The position numbers and the translations under genes are program-made. Source: a virus. From it: a stretch of DNA of 64,000 nt. Within the stretch, counting starts at the first letter, position 1. Each line of letters opens with the position of its first letter. Shown one piece after another: positions 49,578 through 59,503 of this stretch. Where the stretch lies: positions 1 to 64,000 of IMG/VR virus record IMGVR_UViG_3300022074_000021, one strand, 5' to 3'. The notes beneath the pieces were generated by a model. It did no database searches. It was not told the DNA's origin and worked only from the letters and a program-made list of their open reading frames with translations.

Positions 49578-51920
49578 TTAAGCTCCGATAAGCTCTTCAA
49601 AGCTAGCATCTGTACGCGTAGCATAGAAGTTTACCAAGATAAACTCTGCAGTACGTACTGGCTTTAGGTAAATATCAACCACCAGCTCATTTTGATCAAT
49701 AACTTCAGCTGTATTATTACGCTCGTCGCAAACAATCATAAAGTCATATAGACCGTCATCCGCTTTAACTCGCTCAAAGAACGGTGTTAACGTATTAACA
49801 ACTCGAGTTCTTGTAAACAATGTATTGTTCTCAAAGAGGAAGAACTGCATTGTCTTCTTAGTAATCTTCTCAAGATATAAGAATGTACGACGTACGTTGA
49901 TACGATCAAATGCACTAGGCTTTCTTAGTAAGGTCTTTTGTCCAAAGAATACATTACCTTGATCGGCAAAGTTAGCAATTGGGTTGAGGTTAGCTGTATA
50001 AAGATCATCTCGTTGACGTTGGTTTGGTGTAACAGCGATGTCTGAAGCATCTGTAACTATGCCACGATTAAATCCAGCAGGTGCACCCCATGGGCCAACT
50101 GCAGCATCTGTAGCAGCCATCTTAGCAGCAGCAAATCCAGACGATGGAACCCATACATTTAAACCTGTATAGTTATCATAAACACTCATCCAGTTAGCAT
50201 AGACTGTAGCATATGATGTATTAGCTAATTCAAACTGATGTCTAATTGCCCAGTAAATATCTACGTAGAAGTTTTTAGTAGGATCCTTCTGAACTTTGCT
50301 ATTTGTACCAGTTACAACTAACTGACGAATTGGATCAGCAATGAATAAAATATCACCTCGACCACCCTCTTTGGCAGGTCCTGCAAATGTAGCAAACTTA
50401 TTGAAGACGTTCATGTAAGAACTTCTTGCAAACGTAGTACTTAAATCACCAGATGTTCTTAACGCTTCAATTTCAGTTGTTGTTTTTGTATCATCAAACT
50501 TTGCATCACTTGCTGATACGGTCTCCATATAAGTATTGATAGTACCAAGACCAGCTTCAGCAATCATACTAATATCATACTTACGATCATTACGAACTCG
50601 ATCAAGAGCACGGTCAAGCTTACCTGGAATATTACCGATTACTTTCGTTGTAAGATCGACATCCCCGTAACTACCGAGCGGGGCGAGATTATCAGCTTTT
50701 GAAATTAACATGTCGGGTGAAAATTTTCCCACTGCTGTAGAGAGAGCAAAGAAGGTTGATGGTAATCCTGACACAGTTTGGCTAATTTCCCCCGTTTGAA
50801 CAGCTGCAGATAGGGCATTTGAAAAGACACGAATCTTAAACTTTGGTGTACCATCATCTTTAAGCTGTACTCCAGTATTAGCATTTGATACAAAAGGATT
50901 AACTATTACATCAATATTACGTGATTTTTCTTCAACCGTATCTAAACTGAAATTAACCGGTGCGCCACCATTTTCTGAATTGCGTTGACGGTATTTACCA
51001 ATTGAAGCATTATAACCTTCCTCAAGAAGATAATCAAGTTTATTGGCCTCTTTTGAAAACACTGACTGTCGAAGTTTAAATACACCAACATTTAGAGCAT
51101 CATCAAACTCACGCGTCCCGATATCATATCCTTCAATACGATCTTCCATTACCTGTGAAATCGATCCGTTAGAAGGATTATCACCAAATTCAGGTGTAGC
51201 GGTAAGAGAGAATTCGAATCGCGATGCTGGTACTTCTGTAAATGTTGATATACCACCTGTTTGAGCACCTGTAGTAACTGAAAATACACTCTGTATAGAC
51301 TCAAAACTTGATGCTGGGTTTAAAAGAGTATTGTCAGTTAAACCAACATAATATCCATTGAATTGATTATCAATCACTGTTTGTCCTTTGTTAACAACGA
51401 GCACTGCAGCACCAGATAACCCATTGATATCATTAAATGATGTGATTATATTATTAGTAAAATTAAACAATTGTCCATTCTTGAGCTGTATGTATTGCTC
51501 ATTAGTAATTTCAAACTGAGTTGGTCGACCTAATACATATGTACCACTATTAACTGAATACGTTGTTGAGATAGCATTCGCTGCGTCATCATAAACCACG
51601 GCTGGGTAAGCAAGAACACTTACTTTAGAGCCAAAACCTTGACCAGAACCAGCTCCATATGGGAGACGGTTAACGAGCAAAGAGCCAGAAGAGTTTAAAG
51701 CAGCGCGCGCCGAGTGATAAAAATATCTTTCTGCTGGAGTCTTTGGAGCACCGTAAATTTGTTCAAACTCAGAAATATTTCCAAGTCCGATAACTTCATC
51801 GGTAGGTCCTTCGGAAGCGAATCCAGCAATATACGTTGTGGTGCCTGTTTGAGCTGTGCGTAGTGATAAATCACTCTCACGAATCTCGACACCAGGAGAT
51901 TGAATTGTCCTATTAGCCAT
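49578..51920 (-). CDS. gp18: contractile tail sheath protein
   Basis: SPGVEIRESDLS, PWGAPAGFNRG, FGQKTL...SAFDRINVRRTF, CDERNNT.EVID.N...DIYLKPVRTAEFI. Confidence 0.96.
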   Translation of the reverse strand: MANRTIQSPGVEIRESDLSLRTAQTGTTTYIAGFASEGPTDEVIGLGNISEFEQIYGAPKTPAERYFYHSARAALNSSGSLLVNRLPYGAGSGQGFGSKVSVLAYPAVVYDDAANAISTTYSVNSGTYVLGRPTQFEITNEQYIQLKNGQLFNFTNNIITSFNDINGLSGAAVLVVNKGQTVIDNQFNGYYVGLTDNTLLNPASSFESIQSVFSVTTGAQTGGISTFTEVPASRFEFSLTATPEFGDNPSNGSISQVMEDRIEGYDIGTREFDDALNVGVFKLRQSVFSKEANKLDYLLEEGYNASIGKYRQRNSENGGAPVNFSLDTVEEKSRNIDVIVNPFVSNANTGVQLKDDGTPKFKIRVFSNALSAAVQTGEISQTVSGLPSTFFALSTAVGKFSPDMLISKADNLAPLGSYGDVDLTTKVIGNIPGKLDRALDRVRNDRKYDISMIAEAGLGTINTYMETVSASDAKFDDTKTTTEIEALRTSGDLSTTFARSSYMNVFNKFATFAGPAKEGGRGDILFIADPIRQLVVTGTNSKVQKDPTKNFYVDIYWAIRHQFELANTSYATVYANWMSVYDNYTGLNVWVPSSGFAAAKMAATDAAVGPWGAPAGFNRGIVTDASDIAVTPNQRQRDDLYTANLNPIANFADQGNVFFGQKTLLRKPSAFDRINVRRTFLYLEKITKKTMQFFLFENNTLFTRTRVVNTLTPFFERVKADDGLYDFMIVCDERNNTAEVIDQNELVVDIYLKPVRTAEFILVNFYATRTDASFEELIGA

Positions 51921-51966
51921 ATCATTATTTATGCTTTTCCGGACAAAAATCTGTAACTATTTTAAT

Positions 51967-52545
51967 TTAGTAGTTAATAAGTTTGGAGTGAATTTGTGAA
52001 TAGACAAAAGTCATCGATGAAGTAATTTCATCAGCATTTCTATAGTTATATTGTATTTCTCCTAAAGTTACTGGAAAAGCTTTTGTGTATGTAAATTCAA
52101 TACGTTTATTATTAAACTCATCTAAACCGAATAATGTCATATCAGTCTGATAACTTTTAAAATCTTCATCTGTGACTAAATCAGCAGCATCGTATAGTCC
52201 TTCCTTTTGATCGTGCATCAAATTGAGCCATTTATAAAGCACCCAATAGTTATTGAACCCATTATCAATAGTAAATTCTACAGTTACTGGTGGGAAAGGC
52301 TCTCTTGCATGAGTTGAGTTATACAAGTTTGAACCTGCATAAGGTATCTGTAAGGCCGGGACATCTATTGTAGGTACAACAGCACCATAAACGGAAAACT
52401 GAAAAGCATCTTCATTAACATTGTATGTCTGTCTATCAGTTTTGGAATCAATCTTACGTAAGGCCGGAGGTAAAGAGAAAACAAGAGTAAACTTATCAGC
52501 TCTACTCTTATTAAGAAATGATTGATTATTTTGGTTTACAGCCAT
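51967..52545 (-). CDS. gp3: tail tube terminator / completion protein (gp3-like)
   Basis: FL....F.L, P.I, VTVEFTIDN.FNNY..LYKWL, AFPVTLGEIQY. Confidence 0.7.
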   Translation of the reverse strand: MAVNQNNQSFLNKSRADKFTLVFSLPPALRKIDSKTDRQTYNVNEDAFQFSVYGAVVPTIDVPALQIPYAGSNLYNSTHAREPFPPVTVEFTIDNGFNNYWVLYKWLNLMHDQKEGLYDAADLVTDEDFKSYQTDMTLFGLDEFNNKRIEFTYTKAFPVTLGEIQYNYRNADEITSSMTFVYSQIHSKLINY

Positions 52546-52558
52546 ACTGTTATTTAAT

Positions 52559-54262
52559 CTAGAGTTGCGTAAATCCTTGGTCTAATAGATCATAATAATC
52601 ATCACCCATATCATTATCATCACTATTTGTCATGCCCCAATAAACTGGATTGAGATCAGGACTACCTCCTGTAACTTCATTGTCAGTATAGATTGAAGTA
52701 GGATCTTCAAATAAAGATACTCCAAAGTCTAACGGCTCAATAGTCTTTGGCCGGCCAGTATCATCCTTTTCTATAATTTCAAAGTATTGTTCACATATCT
52801 CGTTATCTAAAACATAGTATCCATACATTAAAGCCATAACTAAGTCATCATGACACCCATGTCTGGCTTTCCAAGTACCATTAGGATAACGTACAAAATT
52901 TCGAAGCTCATTTAAAGTTTCTCCATCCCGCATAACAATTGACTTAAGATCATTCATCCAATAACGCATGTTAATAATACCACGATGCTTTGTATTGGTG
53001 TGGGCAATCATACCTTGCATGCGTTTCTTTCTATGAGCGACCTTGTTACCATATGAAACTAGCTTTGGATAGCTCATATCATATGCAAGGCGATCAACAA
53101 CTTGAGCACCACAATTGTTACGCTCAACTAATGCTAATGGTGAGCCATAGTTACGAAGAATCTTATAAACTTTGTTACTAAACTCCATAGGAGAGATTTT
53201 ATTATTACGATATACTGCTACTTGTCTTACTTCTGCCGGATCAGTAATATCTAGCATCTGTATAATTGAGCTATCCTTTCCAACACCCTCAGCTGTGTCG
53301 ACACCGGCGGCATATATTCTACCCTCTTGTGCTTCTTCCCAAACTCTATAGCAACCATCATCTAGTACAACTTTAGGATCACATATTTGACGCTCCATCA
53401 TTTCATATAAAGCATCATCAATCGAAGCTTCGCCAGAATTAATCCACTCACAACAAAACTCTTGACGCCATGCTTCATCAGATCCAATCGTTTGTTTAGT
53501 AGTAGTCGCCCATTTATTATCCCGACCAGGTACTTCATCCCACATTATTTTTCCATATGCCCAGCCGTTCTCTTTTGTTTCAGCTCCATTATAGAGTCTA
53601 TAAAATAAATTCTGTGTACCATTAGCTGTCGAGCATACGAATGCTTTTGATTTTTTCGAAGAAGATATAATAGGGAAGACAGATTTCCAAAACTCATCTA
53701 CTAAATGAGGCTCAATAAATGCCATCTCGTCAACTACTAAGCAATTAACAGATTGTCCTCGAGCAGCTGTACCAGTTGTAGTCGTAATACCAATACGAGA
53801 ACCATTCTCAAGAGTCATAGATGTCTTAGCATATTCTTTAACAGGAGGTTTAAGCCAGTTGGGTAACTCTTCATAAGCCATTCTAACACGAGAGAAAATT
53901 TCAATAGCAGTTGCTTCTTTGTTTGCAACAAGAAGGATGCGTTGATCTTTTTGAAAGCATGCCTGCCATAATAGGTAGATTGTCATAAGAGTTGACTTAC
54001 CAATCTGACGTGAGGCTAAAAGAATATAAAATCGATTATCTCTCATAGCTCTTAATGCCTTTTTTTGAGCTGGGTATAGCTTTATTTTTTCTCTACCTGC
54101 ATCTAAATTAACTATATAAAAAAAGTTTTCAGCAAAGTAAAGAATATTTTTCTGAGCTCTTTTGAGAGATTTAATTTTATCTGGAGTATATTCTCCTTGC
54201 CAGTTACGATTGGGTAAATTATCATTACCCATATAGAACATACCAGTATCTTTTTTTGACAT
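52559..54262 (-). CDS. gp17: terminase large subunit
   Basis: LYPAQ, SRQIGKST (Walker A), VVDEMAF (Walker B), STANG, RQEF, GVDTAEGVGKD, ERNN, HDDLVMA. No intein seen. Confidence 0.96.
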   Translation of the reverse strand: MSKKDTGMFYMGNDNLPNRNWQGEYTPDKIKSLKRAQKNILYFAENFFYIVNLDAGREKIKLYPAQKKALRAMRDNRFYILLASRQIGKSTLMTIYLLWQACFQKDQRILLVANKEATAIEIFSRVRMAYEELPNWLKPPVKEYAKTSMTLENGSRIGITTTTGTAARGQSVNCLVVDEMAFIEPHLVDEFWKSVFPIISSSKKSKAFVCSTANGTQNLFYRLYNGAETKENGWAYGKIMWDEVPGRDNKWATTTKQTIGSDEAWRQEFCCEWINSGEASIDDALYEMMERQICDPKVVLDDGCYRVWEEAQEGRIYAAGVDTAEGVGKDSSIIQMLDITDPAEVRQVAVYRNNKISPMEFSNKVYKILRNYGSPLALVERNNCGAQVVDRLAYDMSYPKLVSYGNKVAHRKKRMQGMIAHTNTKHRGIINMRYWMNDLKSIVMRDGETLNELRNFVRYPNGTWKARHGCHDDLVMALMYGYYVLDNEICEQYFEIIEKDDTGRPKTIEPLDFGVSLFEDPTSIYTDNEVTGGSPDLNPVYWGMTNSDDNDMGDDYYDLLDQGFTQL

Positions 54263-54340
54263 AGACTATGCTTATTTAATCTTATATTTTTATTTTACAA
54301 CTATTCCTGGTTTTTACTATCAGCTGACATAAATATTAGC

Positions 54341-55330
54341 ATGGCTAAAACAAAAGACCTTAAAGATCTCGGTGAGGTTTATGGTAACCTTGGTAAAGAG
54401 GCTACTGTTGTTGCTGAGAATTTAGAAGCGCAAACAGTTGGTGATAAGAATGCCAATGTTGGTGATGCAGATATCCAACCTGGTGGACCAACAGCAGAGG
54501 GTGGATTTGAAGAATCGGAAGTTGATATTAAAAAGGTAGGGGATGACAATCCTTATAATATTAAAGGACTTTCATACGGGGATGATAACTGCCCTACTCT
54601 TGAGACAGAGCAACCGGAAGAGCAAGAAGCTGGAGAAAAGAAAGATGATCCAGAAAGTTCGACTGAAGAAGAAGACGAAGAAGAATTTTCCGAAGAAGTA
54701 CTTGAAATTGCACGGGAGGGACTAAATAAATATATGGCCAATAAATCTATTTTTGATGAACTCTATGCCAAAGTCATTAACGAAGACTTCGGTATGGAAG
54801 AAGTTGACGACCTTGATGCTCTCGGTATTGAAGATGCAACTCCAGATGAGGAGCTTGCTGACGATGAAGGTGACGACATTGAAGGTGAAGTAACAATTAC
54901 ACTTGACAAAGAACTCGCAAAAGCTCTCCATGATATCCTTATGGCAGCCATGGAGGAAGATGATGATGATTCAGACGACGATGCTGATGCTGATGATGAA
55001 GCTGAAGATGGTGAAATGCATGGACACGAGGATGGCGAAATGCATGGACACGAAGAAGACAACGAGGGAGAGCCAACAGCTTTTAACACCCATTATAATG
55101 ATGGTAAAAGCAATAAAGTTGGTAACACTGGAGACGGCTTCGGTCAACCTAAAGTTCAGCCAATGAATAAAGTACATCACAAACCAGTAGCTGGTGCTTC
55201 TGATACAGGTGGTACTCCACAAGCTCTTAACCATTCTGTGAATGATGGTAAGAATAATAAAGTTGGTAACCAAGGAGATGGCTTCGGTCAACCTAAAGTT
55301 GAGCCAATGAATAAAGCTGTTAAAGCATAA
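54341..55330 (+). CDS. highly acidic late protein (scaffold/prohead-core-like)
   Basis: TAAATA-N5-ATG; D/E-rich; duplicated C-terminal NDGK.NKVGN.GDGFGQPKV.PMNK; strong terminator after it. Confidence 0.75.
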   Translation: MAKTKDLKDLGEVYGNLGKEATVVAENLEAQTVGDKNANVGDADIQPGGPTAEGGFEESEVDIKKVGDDNPYNIKGLSYGDDNCPTLETEQPEEQEAGEKKDDPESSTEEEDEEEFSEEVLEIAREGLNKYMANKSIFDELYAKVINEDFGMEEVDDLDALGIEDATPDEELADDEGDDIEGEVTITLDKELAKALHDILMAAMEEDDDDSDDDADADDEAEDGEMHGHEDGEMHGHEEDNEGEPTAFNTHYNDGKSNKVGNTGDGFGQPKVQPMNKVHHKPVAGASDTGGTPQALNHSVNDGKNNKVGNQGDGFGQPKVEPMNKAVKA

Positions 55331-55353
55331 TTAACTTAAACATATAACAGAAG

Positions 55354-55382
55354 AGACTCGTGCAAAGCACGAGTCTTTTTTT
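55354..55382 (+). terminator. intrinsic terminator
   Basis: AGACTCGTGC-AAA-GCACGAGTCT-TTTTTT. Confidence 0.9.
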
Positions 55383-55413
55383 GTATATTGATATAACTAG
55401 CATAAATATATAC

Positions 55414-55755
55414 ATGCAGACATTTAAGGAGTACTACCAGGGTAATCATATGATGCATGCTAATGCTACATCTGCACGCAAAGGTGGTAAAAGTATTATG
55501 CGCTCTGGTCGTAAACATGAGAACTTAACTAGAAAAGAGTATAAGCATAAATGCCCTCATGTTAAAAACCTTGTAAACGGTGGCGCAGGTTCAATTAATT
55601 TATTAGGTCAACCGCTTATGAATTCTTTACAACTGTATGGTATGGAGTTCGAACCAGGTACAGTAAAAGGTATAGGTAACTCTGATGTAGAAATCGAAAT
55701 GTTTGAAAATGAAGAAGGTCAGCCGCAAGCTATCCTTCGTAGAAAAAATAAATAA
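55414..55755 (+). CDS. late protein with capsid-targeting-like N-terminus
   Basis: Start moved to 55414 (MQTFKEYY); TAAATA at 55403-55408. Confidence 0.7.
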   Translation: MQTFKEYYQGNHMMHANATSARKGGKSIMRSGRKHENLTRKEYKHKCPHVKNLVNGGAGSINLLGQPLMNSLQLYGMEFEPGTVKGIGNSDVEIEMFENEEGQPQAILRRKNK

Positions 55756-56525
55756 TGGCTTGTAATACTAACAGATTAAATTGTACTCCTGAAGAGGTTA
55801 TGATGGCTGCAAGCACTCCTTGTGGTGAATTAGTGAATGCAGATAAATTACAAGCTGAGCAACTAGTATATGATTTAGCCTATCGAGATCTAATTAACAA
55901 TCATGGTATCAATATAGATTATTATATTAAGCCATTTAGTTTATCTGCTGCAAATATGCTGTATGGCGAAGATCCTACAGCTATATTCGAAGCTGCATCA
56001 GGTATGCAAATGTATGTAGAGTTATCTCAAGATGCATTAGCACTTACTCAGTTTGGATTTGATCCGGGTGATGAATTTACTGGCTTTATTCATATTGAAA
56101 CTTTTCGTAATGTAATGAGCGCTAGCGTCTCGTATGATAATTTAGAAGATGTTGAGCCTAAATCAGGTGACCTGGTTGAAATAACTGGACTAGGTTGCGA
56201 CAGACCAGGTGGCCGATCAGCAAACATTTATGAAATTACAGAACGTCGAGATGAAGATATTTCATCTATTAATCCTATATTAGGTCATTACGTATACCGT
56301 ATAAGAGCTAAGCGGTATGAATACTCATTTGAACCTAATGCGCCAAAAGAGTCTAAAAACGAGCAGGTATATGATGACTCACAATTTGGCACACTTAGTA
56401 CTAATCTTAGTGCAGATAGTGTATCAGATGCTAAGACATATGATTGGAACATTGATGATGATTCCCAGCAAAATGTCTATGATATGGATGTAAATGATAA
56501 TAGCATTTACGGAGATTATTATTAA
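55755..56525 (+). CDS. gp14: neck protein gp14-like
   Basis: HG....YY...LYGEDP...F...MYVE...L..FG....DE....I....F...EPKSGDL...YEI...Y.Y.I....YEYS. Confidence 0.8.
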   Translation: MACNTNRLNCTPEEVMMAASTPCGELVNADKLQAEQLVYDLAYRDLINNHGINIDYYIKPFSLSAANMLYGEDPTAIFEAASGMQMYVELSQDALALTQFGFDPGDEFTGFIHIETFRNVMSASVSYDNLEDVEPKSGDLVEITGLGCDRPGGRSANIYEITERRDEDISSINPILGHYVYRIRAKRYEYSFEPNAPKESKNEQVYDDSQFGTLSTNLSADSVSDAKTYDWNIDDDSQQNVYDMDVNDNSIYGDYY

Positions 56526-56559
56526 AAAAAAGCCGGTGGATCATATGATCCACCGGCTT
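56524..56559. terminator. intrinsic terminator between convergent genes
   Basis: AAAAAAAAGCCGGTGGATCA-TA-TGATCCACCGGCTT. Confidence 0.85.
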
Positions 56560-56571
56560 GTTCGAGTTGGG

Positions 56572-56763
56572 TTATTCTTCAACTGTTTCTGTTTCTTCCT
56601 CTTCAGGATCGGACCATTGGTCCTTGGCTTGCTCTTGAATCTTATTAAAAATAACAGTAGCGGCTTCAGCAACCTGAAGGCCTTGTGATTTTACTGCTAC
56701 ATCAATAAGTTTGAAAAGCGCGCCTGTTTCGTTTTCAGTCAATGTTAGTTTAATTTCATTCAT
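56572..56763 (-). CDS. small late protein
   Basis: 63 aa; TAAATA (56769-56774) 5 nt upstream of ATG. Confidence 0.7.
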   Translation of the reverse strand: MNEIKLTLTENETGALFKLIDVAVKSQGLQVAEAATVIFNKIQEQAKDQWSDPEEEETETVEE

Positions 56764-56771
56764 GGGATTAT

Positions 56772-57794
56772 TTATTTTTTACGATTTTTTTTATTTGTTG
56801 CTCGTTTAGCCGCACTTGGTGTAGTTTCTACCACTTGCTGTGCTTTAGATTGTGGAGCCGCGGCCATAGTTGTTTTGGTCGGCTGTAAGAGTGATTTCAG
56901 TATACCGTCTATATCAAACATCTGATTTACGTCATCATAGGGGCATTCATGCAGAGAGCCTGTAAACGTATAATCATATAAATAAGAATCGATAGTACCT
57001 TCTGGAAATTGGACTGGTGCTTTAATATTCGTATGTAAATCATAACCAAATAGTTCTGGTTGCGTGCCTACCCAAACAACTGTTGATGATTTGTTCATAG
57101 CCGCTGCAGCATGTTGGAATGACGAATCAACAAATAAACAACGATCAGCAATACGAATCATATTAAAAAGAGTTTTCTTTGGTACAACTTTTTCATACCT
57201 AATAACATTATTAAGTTTATGATGAAAGTCATAACAAACATGAATAATCTGATAATGCTCCTTCAACTTATCAACAAGATGTTGAGCTACTTCCGGGTGA
57301 ATATCACGAGTCCAAGAATATGAGTCTGCTTGATGCTCTTTGCCAGGTCCGCCAAACGGTTGGAATAAAAGTATCGGTTTAGTTTTCTGTATTGCAGATA
57401 ACTCCGGATCAACATAATTAGCCTCGCGCATATTCATAGGTAGTTTTGGAGCTTCTCCTTTATAGTCAATACCAATCATATTACACCAGGTAAGAATAAG
57501 ATGTTTTTGTTTCTTAATATGACTTGTCTCTTTATAAGGTTCTTGCGAAAACACAACTGTATCTTTAGCATATATATAATCCTCGTAAAAATAAGGTACA
57601 TTACCTAATCTATATACACGTTCTATATCTTTATTACCTAGAAAGATTTCGGGCCAAGCACATACTACAATAATTTTTGTAGATGGATGGTTGTTTTTGT
57701 ATGCCTTTACTACCGCTGTAGAACAAATATGTTTACCAATACCTCCTTCAATATTAAAAACTGCAAATTCAGGACTTTGTTCGCTCATATACAT
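56772..57794 (-). CDS. GT-B glycosyltransferase (GT9/heptosyltransferase-like)
   Basis: GGIGK.ICST.V, LLFQPFGG, and VDSSFQHAAAAM...S.V.W..T.P..FGY motifs. Confidence 0.75.
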   Translation of the reverse strand: MYMSEQSPEFAVFNIEGGIGKHICSTAVVKAYKNNHPSTKIIVVCAWPEIFLGNKDIERVYRLGNVPYFYEDYIYAKDTVVFSQEPYKETSHIKKQKHLILTWCNMIGIDYKGEAPKLPMNMREANYVDPELSAIQKTKPILLFQPFGGPGKEHQADSYSWTRDIHPEVAQHLVDKLKEHYQIIHVCYDFHHKLNNVIRYEKVVPKKTLFNMIRIADRCLFVDSSFQHAAAAMNKSSTVVWVGTQPELFGYDLHTNIKAPVQFPEGTIDSYLYDYTFTGSLHECPYDDVNQMFDIDGILKSLLQPTKTTMAAAPQSKAQQVVETTPSAAKRATNKKNRKK

Positions 57795-57797
57795 AAT

Positions 57798-57828
57798 AAT
57801 TTATATTATGTCGAGCGAAAATCAACTA
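57798..57828 (-). promoter_or_regulatory. sigma70-like promoter
   Basis: TAGTTGATT-N16-TAAATT upstream of the glycosyltransferase gene. Confidence 0.5.
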
Positions 57829-57831
57829 CAT

Positions 57832-58506
57832 TTAAGTAGAGACTTTCAAAGTACCGCTAGAATTCCATACAACACCAACTACTCCTGGATCGGATGTTGG
57901 TAACGTCTTAAGGAATAGGCTCTGCGCGTGAAGCATTTCCGAACTTACAGATGCAACACTAGTCCCTCCCGCTATCGCAGCTCTGCAATGACGGAGATTA
58001 TTAGCATTACCACCAACTATAGCGCCTTCAGCACCTACTGAAGTAATAAGATTATCATCACCTCCTCCTACAAATGAAAAGTTAGCGCAGGTATCATTAT
58101 TATTACCTCCTGCTACGGCTGAACCACCACCAGAAGCATCGTTGTAGTATCCTCCTACTACACTAGCAAAAGGTCCACAGGCTGTTGTATTAAACCCGGA
58201 CTTAAGTTTGTTAAATGTCTGTGTACCAACAAAAGTATTATTTTGATCTATTTGAGCGAAGTCGGCAGATGTTGTTTGGTAAGAAGAATAAACACCGTCC
58301 CAAGTAGCACTTGAAGATTGCACTGTAGTATAAACTCCTGAAGTGGAAGCATATATGGTTTTAGCAACGAACGAATTACTTAAAACATCACCAATATTAG
58401 TTACTGTTGCTACTTTTGTACTGGAGCTTTGAACTAATGCAAACTGTTCTGTTCCAGCTAATGGTGTAGTTGCTGCTGGGAGATCACTAATTTTAATACC
58501 GGCCAT
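57832..58506 (-). CDS. short fibre/spike protein with beta-roll (autotransporter head-like) repeats
   Basis: N-terminal KISDLP.A...L.G.E....VQ...TK fibre motif; S.V.GG..N repeats; LPTSDP...G.VWN.SGTLKVS C-terminus; TAAATA-N5-ATG. Confidence 0.7.
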   Translation of the reverse strand: MAGIKISDLPAATTPLAGTEQFALVQSSSTKVATVTNIGDVLSNSFVAKTIYASTSGVYTTVQSSSATWDGVYSSYQTTSADFAQIDQNNTFVGTQTFNKLKSGFNTTACGPFASVVGGYYNDASGGGSAVAGGNNNDTCANFSFVGGGDDNLITSVGAEGAIVGGNANNLRHCRAAIAGGTSVASVSSEMLHAQSLFLKTLPTSDPGVVGVVWNSSGTLKVST

Positions 58507-58526
58507 ATCATTATTTATGTCAAAGG

Positions 58527-58557
58527 TAGTTGATTAATAGGAACTTCATTATAATAT
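58527..58557 (+). promoter_or_regulatory. sigma70-like promoter
   Basis: TAGTTGATT followed by TATAATAT (58550-58557). Confidence 0.55.
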
Positions 58558-58567
58558 ATTTGTAATA

Positions 58568-59266
58568 ATGAACGCTCCCATAACATTTAGAGAAAAAGAT
58601 CATACTTATACTCACAATGAAACTGGTGAGAGGTTTACATCTGTCACAACATTACTAGGTAAATATAAAAAGCCTTTTGATTCTGACGGTGCTGCAACAC
58701 GAGTAGCAAAACGAGAAGGCGTTACGAAAGAAATGATTCTCGAAATGTGGGAGAAAGAAAAGAATAGAGCCTGTGATAGAGGTACAGAAATTCATAAGCT
58801 TTTAGAAGATTATATTACGTTTGGAGATGAAGCAGATAATTGGGGCTGGTTATATAAAAGTTATGACAAGTCGCGGGAATGGAATATAGATAAATTTGAT
58901 AGAGTATTGTGTGAGCAGTTAGTATGGAGTGAAGATTTTAAAGTATCTGGGCTTGCTGATCTAATCTATGAACATAAAGATGGTACGTTTACGGTTGGGG
59001 ATTTCAAGACTAATAAGAGGTATAGATTTGGATCAGATTTTGGAGAGTGGATGCTTGAACCTTTAGATCATTTATCAGTATGTGAACATTCTACGTATAC
59101 TATGCAACTATCACTATATGCATATCTATACGAACAAATGACGGGTAAAAAATGTCGTAAGCTTGTTATATATTATTTAAACAAAGATAAGTTTGTAGCC
59201 TATCATGGTAATTATATGAAAGCTGAAGTAAAAGAATTGCTAAAACACTTTTTTTACAATGGTTAA
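58568..59266 (+). CDS. PD-(D/E)XK (Cas4/RecB-like) exonuclease
   Basis: SVTTLL, RGTEIH, E, GLADL, GDFKT, Y..QL..Y motifs. Confidence 0.85.
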   Translation: MNAPITFREKDHTYTHNETGERFTSVTTLLGKYKKPFDSDGAATRVAKREGVTKEMILEMWEKEKNRACDRGTEIHKLLEDYITFGDEADNWGWLYKSYDKSREWNIDKFDRVLCEQLVWSEDFKVSGLADLIYEHKDGTFTVGDFKTNKRYRFGSDFGEWMLEPLDHLSVCEHSTYTMQLSLYAYLYEQMTGKKCRKLVIYYLNKDKFVAYHGNYMKAEVKELLKHFFYNG

Positions 59267-59299
59267 TTAAAAGTTATTAAATAAATAGCTTTTATACCC

Positions 59300-59503
59300 A
59301 TGAAGAAGACGACAATCATTTTTAAACTAGAAAAATGTATAGATAGATCTTTAGAAGCATTGTATGATGCACGTGATCTTTTAGAAGAGGCAGAAGATAT
59401 AGAACTAGATCAATTAATAAACGACGTTGTTGAAGAGTTAGAATGTGATATTGCTGATAAGATTGAAACTATCCGTGAAAGAATAGATAAAATATTTGAA
59501 TAA
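59300..59503 (+). CDS. small acidic helical protein
   Basis: 67 aa ORF coupled (TAATG) to the next gene. Confidence 0.6.
   Translation: MKKTTIIFKLEKCIDRSLEALYDARDLLEEAEDIELDQLINDVVEELECDIADKIETIRERIDKIFE

Noticed and set aside
52559-54262. Intein or intron in the terminase large subunit
   Set aside because: The length (567 aa) and continuous motifs fit an uninterrupted gp17.
58568-59266. Cas4 as evidence of a CRISPR-Cas system
   Set aside because: It is a stand-alone PD-(D/E)XK nuclease typical of phages; there is no array, no other cas gene, and no clear four-Cys Fe-S motif.
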